DNA of 64,000 nucleotides from an uncultured Acidimicrobiales bacterium (GTDB taxonomy: Bacteria > Actinomycetota > Acidimicrobiia > Acidimicrobiales > SZUA-35). Location of the stretch: assembly GCA_937922045.1 (NCBI GenBank), contig CAKZXA010000032.1, positions 7,710-71,709 on the forward strand, read 5' to 3'. The notes below the pieces were generated by a model that did not search any database, was not told the origin of the DNA, and saw nothing but the letters and a program-made list of their open reading frames with translations. Position numbers and translations under genes: made by a program. Below, one piece after another: positions 46,400-55,750 of this stretch. Within the stretch, counting starts at the first letter, position 1. Each line of letters opens with the position of its first letter.

Positions 46400-47181
46400 G
46401 CCAGAACACTCGTCCCACCGTGCTGATCCCCATCGCTCCCGGCACCAACCGCAACCAGGAGCTGGCGGACGCCTTTCAAGCTGCTGGTGCTGAGCCTCGC
46501 CAAGTCCCCCTCTCGGCGCTGCGCGAGGGCGATGCCTCGATAACCGACCATCAGCTCCTCGCCTTACCCGGTGGCTTCTCCTATGGCGATTCGTTAGGTG
46601 CTGGGCGTTTACTCGGACTCGACCTGCGGTCTTGGATGGCCGATCAACTGCAGCATGCACTCGACCGGGAGATGCCGATAATCGGGATCTGCAATGGCTT
46701 CCAGGCCCTGGTCCACGCAGGCCTTCTGCCCGGCGGGGATGCCGATGCAGCCCTTACCGACAATGCTCGCGGTCGTTTCGAGTGTCGGTGGGTGCATCTT
46801 GCGCCCCAATCCACCGGATCGGTTTGGACCAATGATTTGAACGAACAACTCTGGTGCCCCGTCGCCCACGGTGAGGGCCGGTTTGTGGCCGGTGACGCCG
46901 ATCTCCTCGAGTCGAACAACCAGGTGGCGTTTCGTTACGCCGAGGCCGATGGATCCCCGGCCGGCGGTACCTATCCGTTCAACCCGAATGGATCAAAGGG
47001 CGATGTCGCTGGCGTCGTCGACCCATCGGGCTTGGTCTTGGGCATGATGCCGCACCCCGAGGATCATGTCCGGATTCATCAGAATCCGCATTGGAAACGG
47101 CGGGGGGCGACAGCGTCGTCAGCAGGGATTGGCGGATGTCTCGCCCTCTTCGAATCCGGTGTGGCCGCAGTGGTGGGCTGA
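46396..47181 (+). CDS. purQ: FGAM synthase glutaminase subunit
   Basis: Class-I GATase triad motifs (GICNGFQ, MPHPE). ATGA overlap with the purL stop. Confidence 0.9.
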   Translation: MSQNTRPTVLIPIAPGTNRNQELADAFQAAGAEPRQVPLSALREGDASITDHQLLALPGGFSYGDSLGAGRLLGLDLRSWMADQLQHALDREMPIIGICNGFQALVHAGLLPGGDADAALTDNARGRFECRWVHLAPQSTGSVWTNDLNEQLWCPVAHGEGRFVAGDADLLESNNQVAFRYAEADGSPAGGTYPFNPNGSKGDVAGVVDPSGLVLGMMPHPEDHVRIHQNPHWKRRGATASSAGIGGCLALFESGVAAVVG

Positions 47182-47284
47182 GGATTCAACCTATGTTCAC
47201 GCTTGAATCCCTTCGACAGCTAGATACAGGCAGACTTTTTGTAAAAAGGTGGGGGTTGGCCACGGGATCGCAGGGTGGGTTGCC

Positions 47285-48268
47285 ATGATGGAAGCCGTGG
47301 GATCCGCCCAGACGCTGACCGATGTTTCGATCGAACTGCCGGGTCGCCAATCGGGCAAGGTGCGTGAAGCATGGCCGTTGTCCGGTGGTCGTCGGCTCCT
47401 TGTCACCACCGATCGGTTGAGCGCCTTCGATCGGGTTCTCGGCGCAGTTACCCACAAAGGTCAGGTTCTTAACCAGCTTTCGGCCTGGTGGTTTGGCGAA
47501 ACATCCGACATCGTGGCAAACCACGTACTGAGCGTTCCTGACCCGATGGCCTTGATCGCGGTCGATGCGAAGCCTCTCCCGATCGAGGTCATTGTCCGAT
47601 CCCGTCTCACAGGTTCGACCTCCACCGCTCTGTTGCCTCGATACCTGAACGGCGAACGAGAGCTCTACGGCCACTTGCTACCCGACGGCCTGAAACCGCA
47701 TGGACCCCTCGGCACAATCCTGATTACGCCAACCACCAAGGCGTTGAAGGGCGGGCACGATGAACCGATCAGCAGCGATGAGATCGTGGCCAGGGGATTG
47801 GTCGACGAAATCCTGTGGGCGAAGGTGCAGGCCGTGGCCCTGGCCCTTTTCGAACGAGGTGCACGCATCGCGGCCGACGCCGGGTTCCTCCTCGCTGACA
47901 CCAAGTACGAGTTCGGCCTCGACGCCGAGGGCGAACTGATGCTCATCGATGAGCTACATACACCCGACTCTTCTCGGTTCTGGTTGGTTGAAACCCTGCA
48001 GCGTCGCCTCGACGAAGGTCTGACGCCGGAGGGTTTCGACAAGGAGCCTGTCCGGCTGGCTTTCAGCGCCGCCGGCTATACCGGCGACGGCACACCACCG
48101 ACGCTCGATCCCGGCGTGTGGCAGGAAACATCGGATCGCTATGTGCGACTCTACGAGGCACTCACCGGCCTCCACTTCAGCCCAGCTTCGCTGCCAGCGA
48201 TCGAACGACTCACCACCAACCTCGCCCCCTACCTGGGTGGCGAACCGACTGCGACAACCGCTGTTTGA
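47285..48268 (+). CDS. purC: SAICAR synthase
   Basis: Motifs GKVREAW, TTDRLSAFD, ADTKYEFG and DELHTPDSSRFW. Start chosen at the ATG at 47285; the GTG at 47249 is an alternative. Confidence 0.9.
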   Translation: MMEAVGSAQTLTDVSIELPGRQSGKVREAWPLSGGRRLLVTTDRLSAFDRVLGAVTHKGQVLNQLSAWWFGETSDIVANHVLSVPDPMALIAVDAKPLPIEVIVRSRLTGSTSTALLPRYLNGERELYGHLLPDGLKPHGPLGTILITPTTKALKGGHDEPISSDEIVARGLVDEILWAKVQAVALALFERGARIAADAGFLLADTKYEFGLDAEGELMLIDELHTPDSSRFWLVETLQRRLDEGLTPEGFDKEPVRLAFSAAGYTGDGTPPTLDPGVWQETSDRYVRLYEALTGLHFSPASLPAIERLTTNLAPYLGGEPTATTAV

Positions 48269-48282
48269 AAGGGTGAGGCACT

Positions 48283-49731
48283 GTGCTCCCAATCGATGAG
48301 CCATACGGAGCTGCTATGGGCGACGACCATCCCAAAGAGGAATGCGGCGTTATCGGCATATCCGCTCCGTCGAGCGAGGTCGCTCGACTCGCCTTCTTCG
48401 GTCTTTACGCCCTCCAGCACCGAGGCCAGGAAGCGGCGGGCATAGCGGTCTCCGATGGGCGGGCGGTTCGACTCCACAAGGGCCAGGGGCTTGTGGGCCA
48501 GGTCTTTCAACCGGGCACTCTCGACCCGCTTCGCGGGGACCTCGCGATCGGCCATACCCGCTACTCGACCACCGGCTCCAACAGCGAGCGCAACGTTCAG
48601 CCCTATCTGGTTGAGACGATCCACGGGCCGCTTGGTGTAGCCCACAACGGCAATCTCGTCAACGCCGATGATCTCCGGAACTCCTTGTTGGAGCGGGGAG
48701 CCGGGCTCCAGTCTTCCTCTGATTCTGAGGTGTTGGCGCTGATGCTGGCCGCCGCCGAAGGGGAGACATGGGAAGACCGTCTCGCCAACACGATGCACCT
48801 CTGGACTGGCGCTTATTGCCTGGTCATGATCTGCGGGACCAAGGTCATCGCAACCCGCGACCCCTGGGGATTTCGGCCGCTTTCGCTGGGCCGGTTGCCT
48901 TCCGGGGGTCATGTGGTCGCTTCCGAAACGGGCGCTCTGCAAACACTTGGCTGCGAGTCCATTCGCGAGATTGAGCCCGGTGAGGTCGTCGTTCTCCAAG
49001 GGTCACTGTGCCGGACGGTTCAGGCCTTGAAGCCGCGGGAACCCCAGGCCCGATGCACGTTTGAACACATCTACTTCTCTCGCCCGGATGCAACCTGGGA
49101 CGATCTGCTGATCCACCAGGCACGCCAACGTCTCGGCGAGGAACTCGCTAGGGAACACGAGGTCGAGGCTGATGTGGTGATTCCCGTTCCCGACTCCTCG
49201 ATGCCAGCGGCCATCGGGTACGCCAGCGCCTCCGGCATCGCCTACAACGAAGGCTTCGTCAAGAACCGTTACATCGGCCGAACGTTCATCGAGCCAACCG
49301 ACGAACTCCGACGCCAAGGCGTTGCCATGAAGTTCAATACGCTGCCCGCCAATCTTGCGGGGAAGCGGGTTATCGTCGTCGACGATTCGATCGTGCGTGG
49401 CACGACCTCGGGGCCGCTCGTGCGGCTGATTCGCGAGGCTGGGGCGACCGAGGTCCACGTGCGAATCACCTGCCCACCGATCGCTCATCCTTGCTTCTTC
49501 GGGGTTGATATGGGCACCTACGACGAGCTCATCGCCCACCAGCTCAGCGTCGAAGAAATCTCTGATCACATCGGCGCCGATAGCTTGGGTTTCCTCTCGG
49601 TTGAGCGCATGATGAAGGCGCTCGGCCGAGACGATGGCTACTGCAACGCCTGCTTTACTGGTACGTACCCGGTTCCGGTGCAATTGTCGCTGCTCGGAAC
49701 CAAGAAGCGATTCGATGGAGTCCTTGGATGA
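48283..49731 (+). CDS. purF: Amidophosphoribosyltransferase
   Basis: Ntn Cys after a propeptide (KEECGVIGIS) and the PRPP loop VIVVDDSIVRGTT. GTG start. Confidence 0.95.
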   Translation: MLPIDEPYGAAMGDDHPKEECGVIGISAPSSEVARLAFFGLYALQHRGQEAAGIAVSDGRAVRLHKGQGLVGQVFQPGTLDPLRGDLAIGHTRYSTTGSNSERNVQPYLVETIHGPLGVAHNGNLVNADDLRNSLLERGAGLQSSSDSEVLALMLAAAEGETWEDRLANTMHLWTGAYCLVMICGTKVIATRDPWGFRPLSLGRLPSGGHVVASETGALQTLGCESIREIEPGEVVVLQGSLCRTVQALKPREPQARCTFEHIYFSRPDATWDDLLIHQARQRLGEELAREHEVEADVVIPVPDSSMPAAIGYASASGIAYNEGFVKNRYIGRTFIEPTDELRRQGVAMKFNTLPANLAGKRVIVVDDSIVRGTTSGPLVRLIREAGATEVHVRITCPPIAHPCFFGVDMGTYDELIAHQLSVEEISDHIGADSLGFLSVERMMKALGRDDGYCNACFTGTYPVPVQLSLLGTKKRFDGVLG

Positions 49732-52007
49732 GATCCCTTACCGTCCTCATCGTCGGTGCCGGCGGGCGAGAGCACGCCCTGGTCGAGAAGATGCAGGAGT
49801 CTGACCGCCTTGGGTCCCTTTGGGTGGCCCCAGGCAATGCGGGCACAAGCGCATACAACGCCGCGATAGACATCAACGACAATGAAGACGTCATCGCCTT
49901 CTGCAAGGCCAACAACGTCGACCTCGTCGTGGTTGGCCCTGAAGGGCCGCTCGTAGCTGGGCTAGCTGACGAATTGGAGGCTGCCGGAGTTGCCTGCTTC
50001 GGGCCGTCGGCTGCTGCCGCTCAGCTCGAAGGCTCAAAGTCATTCGCTCGAGATTTCGCGGCCCGACACGGGATTCCTGGCCCTCAATGCGCCACCTTCA
50101 CCGAGGTCGAAGCGGCCAATGGATGGTTGGAAGAACTGGGACTGCCGGTTGTGGTCAAGGCCGACGGTCTGGCCTCAGGCAAGGGCGTGATCGTGCCCGA
50201 GACGCGCGTCGACACCGAGCGCGCCATCTACGACCTTCTCGCCGATCGTACGATGGGCGATGCCGGTTCGAAGGTGGTGCTGGAGGAGCGACTCTACGGC
50301 GAGGAACTTTCGCTCTTCGCCATTACCGACGGACGTGATCTCGTCGTCCTCGGTACCGCCCAAGATCACAAACGAGTCGGCGATGGCGATACCGGCCCCA
50401 ACACCGGTGGGATGGGTGCCTTCGCCCCGGTGCCGGGCAAGGCCGCTATGGAAGACCAGCTGGTGGAACAGTTCCTCTGGCCAGTGGTACAAGGCATGGC
50501 CGCCGATGGAACCCCCTACACCGGGGTCATCTACGCCGGAATCATGCTGACCCAAGACGGGCCACGTCTCATCGAGTACAACTGTCGTTTCGGCGACCCT
50601 GAGGCCCAGGTCATCCTCCCGCTCATCGAAACCGACATGCTGGACCTCATGATGGCTGCTGCCGTCGGCGACCTTGGTCGTATCGGCCTGGTTCGTCGCC
50701 CAGGGGCTGCGGCCACCGTCGTCGTTGCAGCTCGTGGCTATCCGACCTCACCCGCACTCGACATAGCCGTTCCCCTCGTCGAAGCTCCGCCAGACGTATC
50801 GATCGTGCACGCCTCGACCAAGGTTGATAGTGACGATGTGGTGCGCAACACCGGTGGGCGCGTGCTGGCAGTAACGGGTGTTGGCGCCGATTTGGATGAA
50901 GCGTTGGGCAAGATATATCCCGTCGTCGACTCACTCGTCGGGGACGAGCTGTTCGCTCGTACCGACATCGGCTGGAGGTACTCGCGTCGCACCTCAGCCT
51001 CGGCCTACGACCGCGCCGGTGTCTCCTTTGACCGAGCCAGTCAGGTAACCGCTGGTATCGCAAGGCCGGTCAAGAGCACCCACGACGATCGTGTGGTCGA
51101 TGGTTTCGGCGCCTTTGGTGGGGTCTTCGACGTGTCGAGCCTCAAGGGTTTCGAGCACCCATTGCTGGTGGCGAGCACCGATGGCGTCGGTACGAAAACG
51201 GCGTTGGCCGAACAGGTTGGGCGTTGGCATTCGATCGGTGTCGACATCGTGAACCATGGCGTAAACGACGTCTTGGTGCAGGGCGCCCTGCCCCTGTTCT
51301 TTCTCGACACTGTTGCCGCGGCCAGGCTCGATCCGCCGCTCGTGACCGAGATTGTGGAAGGTATGGCTGCCGCCTGTCGGGACGCAGGCTGTGTTCTGCT
51401 CGGCGGGGAGACCGCTGAGATGCCCGATGTGCTTACCGATGGCTCTGTGGATGTTTCGGGAACGATGGTTGGCGTAGTCGAGCGCTCGCAACTCCTGCCG
51501 AAGCCGTCGATAGCCCCCGGCCATGTCCTCGTAGGACTGAGGTCCTCAGGACTTCACACCAACGGATACTCGCTGGCTCGGAAGGTGGTATCGGGCCGAG
51601 ATCTCAACGAGGCTGTTCCCGGTGGTGAAGGTGAGACGTTGGCTGAAGCCCTTCTGGCCCCTCATCGCAGCTATCTCGCTCCCTTGAAGAAGGTGCTGAA
51701 CGACGGCCTGGCCGATGGACTGGCCCACATCACCGGTGGTGGCCTCGTCGATAACCTACCTCGGGTGCTTCCCTCCGGATGTGGCGCAGTGGTGGCTACC
51801 GATTCATGGACGTGGCCTCCCATCTTTGCCCATCTGGTGGCTGCCGGCGGTCTGACGAAGATCGAGGCTTACCGAACCCTTAATCTTGGCATCGGCATGG
51901 TCGTCGTCGCAGCGCCAGACAAGGTCGAGAAGGTTCAGGCCGCGATAGCGGAGCCGACCGTGATCATAGGAAGGATTGTGGCCGGTGATGGTGTCGCTCT
52001 GGACTGA
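49728..52007 (+). CDS. purDM: Bifunctional phosphoribosylamine-glycine ligase / AIR synthase (PurD-PurM fusion)
   Basis: 759-aa single ORF. The N-terminal ~420 aa are GARS (VLIVGAGGREHAL, ATP-grasp, GPNTGGMGA). The C-terminal ~335 aa are AIRS (YDRAGVSFDRAS..., VASTDGVGTK, LLGGETAEMP). The junction lies near 50985..51005. ATGA overlap with purF. Confidence 0.9.
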   Translation: MRSLTVLIVGAGGREHALVEKMQESDRLGSLWVAPGNAGTSAYNAAIDINDNEDVIAFCKANNVDLVVVGPEGPLVAGLADELEAAGVACFGPSAAAAQLEGSKSFARDFAARHGIPGPQCATFTEVEAANGWLEELGLPVVVKADGLASGKGVIVPETRVDTERAIYDLLADRTMGDAGSKVVLEERLYGEELSLFAITDGRDLVVLGTAQDHKRVGDGDTGPNTGGMGAFAPVPGKAAMEDQLVEQFLWPVVQGMAADGTPYTGVIYAGIMLTQDGPRLIEYNCRFGDPEAQVILPLIETDMLDLMMAAAVGDLGRIGLVRRPGAAATVVVAARGYPTSPALDIAVPLVEAPPDVSIVHASTKVDSDDVVRNTGGRVLAVTGVGADLDEALGKIYPVVDSLVGDELFARTDIGWRYSRRTSASAYDRAGVSFDRASQVTAGIARPVKSTHDDRVVDGFGAFGGVFDVSSLKGFEHPLLVASTDGVGTKTALAEQVGRWHSIGVDIVNHGVNDVLVQGALPLFFLDTVAAARLDPPLVTEIVEGMAAACRDAGCVLLGGETAEMPDVLTDGSVDVSGTMVGVVERSQLLPKPSIAPGHVLVGLRSSGLHTNGYSLARKVVSGRDLNEAVPGGEGETLAEALLAPHRSYLAPLKKVLNDGLADGLAHITGGGLVDNLPRVLPSGCGAVVATDSWTWPPIFAHLVAAGGLTKIEAYRTLNLGIGMVVVAAPDKVEKVQAAIAEPTVIIGRIVAGDGVALD

Positions 52008-52043
52008 AGGCGATGGCCGGCTAGCGCTGGCAGCGCATCTCTG

Positions 52044-52682
52044 ATGGGCGCCAGCCGGCCAAAACTTGTGGTCCTCGTCTCGGGGTCGGGTACGAACCTT
52101 CAGGCCATCCTCGATGCGTCGAGGCAAGAGGCACCGGATTCTCTCCGGGTAGAGGTGGCTCTCGTCATCTCGAACCGGGAAGAGGCCTTTGCGCTGGAAC
52201 GAGCAAGCGAGGCCGGCGTGCCGACCCTGGTGAGGAGCCATGTCGGTCTCGATCGTGAAACCTACGATCGAGGTATCGCCTACGAAACGACGTTGGTCGG
52301 CGCAGACCTGGTCGTACTCGCCGGCTGGGACAGGGTGCTGACCGATGAATTCTTGTCACGTCACCGAGTCATCAATCTCCACCCGGCAAAACCGGGTGCC
52401 TTTCCTGGGCTCGGTGCGATTGGGAGGGCGTTCGATGCCTGGGAACAGGGGCGCATCGACTCAGGTGGCGTGATGGTGCACTATGTGCCGGATGAGGGCA
52501 TCGATAGCGGCCCGACGATCCTCTGGGAGCCGGTACCGTTTGAACCCGGAGATGACCTGGCTTCGTTTGAGAAGCGGGTCCATGAGGTCGAGCATCGAGT
52601 GCTTGTCGAAGCCATCCGAATGGTGATCGACATCGATCACCCACGCGATGGGAGCGAGTCCAGGATGTTCGACCAGGCCTAG
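52044..52682 (+). CDS. purN: Phosphoribosylglycinamide formyltransferase
   Basis: Motifs [23 protein letters not shown] and NLHPA. 212 aa. Confidence 0.9.
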   Translation: MGASRPKLVVLVSGSGTNLQAILDASRQEAPDSLRVEVALVISNREEAFALERASEAGVPTLVRSHVGLDRETYDRGIAYETTLVGADLVVLAGWDRVLTDEFLSRHRVINLHPAKPGAFPGLGAIGRAFDAWEQGRIDSGGVMVHYVPDEGIDSGPTILWEPVPFEPGDDLASFEKRVHEVEHRVLVEAIRMVIDIDHPRDGSESRMFDQA

Positions 52683-52697
52683 AAGAGAACTACACCA

Positions 52698-52719
52698 CCA
52701 GAACGTATCCAGAACGTAT
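52698..52719. repeat. 11-bp perfect tandem duplication (ccagaacgtat x2) just upstream of guaB RBS
   Basis: Read directly from the sequence. It is followed by AGGAG at 52721..52725. Confidence 0.9.
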
Positions 52720-52734
52720 GAGGAGTTGGAACAC

Positions 52735-54210
52735 GTGAACATGAGCCGCAACCATGAACTGTTCGCTGGGTTTGAATCGTTAACCTTCGACGACGTGTTG
52801 GTCGTTCCTGGCTGGAGCGAGGTTCTGCCCAACGAGGTGTCGACAAGCACAACGTTCGCCGGAATCGACCTCGAGGTCCCGCTCCTTTCGGCTGCGATGG
52901 ATACCGTCACCGAGGCTCCGCTCGCCATCGCCCTCGCCCGCGAGGGAGGCATCGGCGTCTTGCACCGGAATCTCTCGATCGAGGAGCAAGCCAGCCAGGT
53001 AGACCGAGTAAAGCGGGCCCAGGCCGGGATGATTACGCAACCGGTGAGTCTGCCTCCGACAGCCACCTTGGCCGAGGCCGAGAAGATCATGGCCCACCAC
53101 TCGATCTCCGGCGTACCGATTACCGATGAGTCCGACCATCTCGTCGGCATTCTTACGAACCGCGATGTGAGATTCTGCACCGACGCCGAATACGAGCGCC
53201 CGGTAGCCGAGTTCATGACGGCTGATGGTCTGGTGACGGCTCCGGTTGGAACCTCGCTCGAAGATGCGGTGGCGATTCTGCACAAGCACAGGATCGAGAA
53301 GCTCCCATTGGTCGATGAGGAAGGCCGGCTGCGCGGCTTGATCACGGTGAAGGACATCACCAAGCGGATCGAGAAGCCCAACGCGACACTGGATGCCAGG
53401 GGGCGACTCCGGGTCGGGGCGGCGGTCGGTGTGACCGACGCGATCGAGCGGGCCGAGGCTCTTGCGGCCGCCGGTGTCGACATGTTCGTTATCGACACGG
53501 CTCATGGCCACACTCTGGGCGTAGTCGATGCCGTGGCCATGCTGAAGGCCAAATGGCCGGAGATTCTGGTCATCGGCGGCAATGTCGTTACCGAGGATGG
53601 CACCGAGGCACTGATCGAAGCTGGTGCTGATGTTGTCAAGGTTGGCGTAGGGGCAGGATCGATTTGCACAACCCGTGTGGTTGCAGGCGCAGGGATGCCT
53701 CAGCTGACCGCCATCTACGAGTGTTCCCAAGCGGCTCGTGCTCGTGGTATTCCCGTCATTGCCGACGGCGGGGTGGTCAGCTCTGGCGACATCGTGAAAG
53801 CGTTTGCCGCTGGCGCCGACGCAGTCATGCTTGGCAACGCCTTGGCTGGCGTCGACGAGGCGCCAGGCGAACTGGAACTCGTTGACGGCGCCATGTGGAA
53901 GACCTACCGCGGTATGGGTTCGGCTGGTGCGATGCGGGGCCGAGCCGCCGACCGCTATGGCAGCGGGCAAACACCGGGAAAGCATGTGGCTGAGGGAATC
54001 GAAGCTCGCGTTCGCTACGCCGGCTCGCTGGCCGAACTGGTCGGACAGCTGGTTGGGGGTTTGCGGTCGGGTATGGGTTACGCGGGAGCGGCCGCCTTGG
54101 AGGATCTGCGTACCAAGACGAGGCTGACGAAGATCACCGGGGCAGGATTGCGCGAGAGCCATCCCCACGACGTGCAGGTGATACGGGATGATCACCGCCA
54201 TATGGGTTGA
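52735..54210 (+). CDS. guaB: IMP dehydrogenase
   Basis: Motifs [20 protein letters not shown], a CBS pair, and the catalytic loop [10 protein letters not shown]. The GTG at 52735 has good spacing to AGGAG; the ATG at 52741 is an alternative start. Confidence 0.95.
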   Translation: MNMSRNHELFAGFESLTFDDVLVVPGWSEVLPNEVSTSTTFAGIDLEVPLLSAAMDTVTEAPLAIALAREGGIGVLHRNLSIEEQASQVDRVKRAQAGMITQPVSLPPTATLAEAEKIMAHHSISGVPITDESDHLVGILTNRDVRFCTDAEYERPVAEFMTADGLVTAPVGTSLEDAVAILHKHRIEKLPLVDEEGRLRGLITVKDITKRIEKPNATLDARGRLRVGAAVGVTDAIERAEALAAAGVDMFVIDTAHGHTLGVVDAVAMLKAKWPEILVIGGNVVTEDGTEALIEAGADVVKVGVGAGSICTTRVVAGAGMPQLTAIYECSQAARARGIPVIADGGVVSSGDIVKAFAAGADAVMLGNALAGVDEAPGELELVDGAMWKTYRGMGSAGAMRGRAADRYGSGQTPGKHVAEGIEARVRYAGSLAELVGQLVGGLRSGMGYAGAAALEDLRTKTRLTKITGAGLRESHPHDVQVIRDDHRHMG

Positions 54211-54218
54211 GAGCCAAC

Positions 54219-54269
54219 GCTAGTGTCGGCGGCCAAGCCGCTAGTGTCGGCGGCCAAGCCGCTAGTGTC
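54219..54269. repeat. 21-bp perfect tandem repeat, 2.4 copies (gctagtgtcggcggccaagcc) between guaB stop and the AKR start
   Basis: Read directly from the sequence. It fills nearly all of the 59-bp intergenic spacer and ends one base before the ATG at 54270. Confidence 0.95.
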
Positions 54270-55199
54270 ATGGTCGTGACCACAGCAGAATCTTCTTCGT
54301 CGGCCCCGCTTCTCGATCCATCGCCTCGCCCGCTTGGCCGATTTTCGGTGAACCCTGTTGCCTTCGGGTCTTGGCGCTTCACCTTTGATGCCGTCGACGA
54401 GGCCCGCGGTGTTCTCGAAGCCGCCCTCGATGCTGGCATGAACCTGGTCGACAGCGCCGACGTCTATGGCCTGGACTGGGGCGGTGCCGGCTTTGGGCGC
54501 AATGAAGAGCTGTTAGGCCGGGTTCTGTCCGATGCCCCCCAGCTGCGTGACCGTATGGTGCTCGCAACAAAGGGCGGCATCATGCCGCCCCGCCCGTACG
54601 ATTCGGGCCGCGTGTACCTGACCTCAGCTTGCGAGGCGAGCTTGCGGCGGCTCGGCGTTGAAACGATCGATCTTTACCAGATACACCGCCCCGACTTTTA
54701 CACCCACCCCGAAGAGCTGGCGGAGACACTCGTCAGCTTGCGCGAGCAGGGCAAGATCCAGGAAGTAGGGGTCTCGAACTACACGGCATCTCAGACCGAG
54801 GCTCTCGCCTCGTTCCTGCCCTTTCCGATCGTGTCAGATCAGCCGGAGTTTTCGCTGCTCAGCACCGAGCCTCTCCGAAACGGTGTGCTCGACCGATGTA
54901 TGCAGCATCGGCGGGTGCCATTGGCATGGAGCCCGTTGGCTGGAGGTCGGTTGGCCACGGGGGAGGGCTTGCCCACAGAGCTGATCGAGACGCTCGATCG
55001 AATCGCCGAGCGGGAACAGGTAGACCGGGCCGTGCTCTCCATCGCCTTTGTTCTCGCCCACCCGGCTAAACCGGTGGCGATCGTCGGTAGTCAAAACCCG
55101 GAACGACTTGCCGAGCAGGCCAATGCGACGAAGGTGCACCTCAGCCGCCAAGACGTCTACGACCTGATCCAGGCTGCTGAACAGCAGCCCTTGCCCTAG
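54270..55199 (+). CDS. Aldo/keto reductase
   Basis: AKR motifs (GSWRF, DSADVYG, LATKGG, IDLYQIHRPD, GVSNY). I trimmed the start to the ATG at 54270; the listed ORF start at 54207 would translate the tandem repeat. Confidence 0.85.
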   Translation: MVVTTAESSSSAPLLDPSPRPLGRFSVNPVAFGSWRFTFDAVDEARGVLEAALDAGMNLVDSADVYGLDWGGAGFGRNEELLGRVLSDAPQLRDRMVLATKGGIMPPRPYDSGRVYLTSACEASLRRLGVETIDLYQIHRPDFYTHPEELAETLVSLREQGKIQEVGVSNYTASQTEALASFLPFPIVSDQPEFSLLSTEPLRNGVLDRCMQHRRVPLAWSPLAGGRLATGEGLPTELIETLDRIAEREQVDRAVLSIAFVLAHPAKPVAIVGSQNPERLAEQANATKVHLSRQDVYDLIQAAEQQPLP

Positions 55200-55235
55200 T
55201 CCGTCTTGGCCGCTTGAGGCACGCCGTAGATGTTC

Positions 55236-55700
55236 TTAGACCAGAGCAGCCAGTGCAGCGTCGTAGGCATCCTTCTGGCGAGGCTCGCCGAGGCCGCCGC
55301 TGTCGAAGACCTCCGCGATATTGCCTTCCTTGTCGATGACGACGGTGCGTCGCATGGCGCAGCCGAGGTCCTCATTGAAGCATTCGTAGGCTTGGGCTAC
55401 TGCACCGTGAGGCCATCCGTCTGAGAGGACAGGAAAATTGATGCCAGCCTTTTCGGTCCAAGCCTTGATGGAGAACTGGCGATCGCAGGTGATGCCGATC
55501 AGCTGGGCGCCAGCGCTTTCAAAGTCGTTCAGATTCTCGGCTAGCTGGCAAAACTCGCCTTCACAGACTCCGGTGAACGCGAAAGGAACGAAGACCAGCA
55601 CCACGGGACTTTGCCCTTGGAAACTCGACAGCGTGTGCTCGTTGCCGTCCTGATCCTTCAGGGTGAAATCGGGGGCTGGGCTACCTACGGCGATGGTCAT
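55236..55700 (-). CDS. ahpE: 1-Cys peroxiredoxin, AhpE-like
   Basis: Nearly collinear with M. tuberculosis AhpE by eye (APDFTLKDQ, VLVFVPFAFTGVCEGE, FPVLSDGWPHGAVAQAY). I trimmed the start to the ATG at 55700. Confidence 0.85.
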   Translation of the reverse strand: MTIAVGSPAPDFTLKDQDGNEHTLSSFQGQSPVVLVFVPFAFTGVCEGEFCQLAENLNDFESAGAQLIGITCDRQFSIKAWTEKAGINFPVLSDGWPHGAVAQAYECFNEDLGCAMRRTVVIDKEGNIAEVFDSGGLGEPRQKDAYDAALAALV

Positions 55701-55750
55701 GGTTGTTCTCCTGGAAAGGTCGACAGCTGCTGAGCTGACCTGGGGTTTCT

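Noticed and set aside
52780-54201. 473-aa ORF antisense to guaB (also 52461..53498, 345 aa)
   Set aside because: These are long stop-free antisense frames, which are expected in high-GC genes. The translations are Arg/Gly/His-rich with no domain signatures, whereas the sense strand encodes an unmistakable IMP dehydrogenase.
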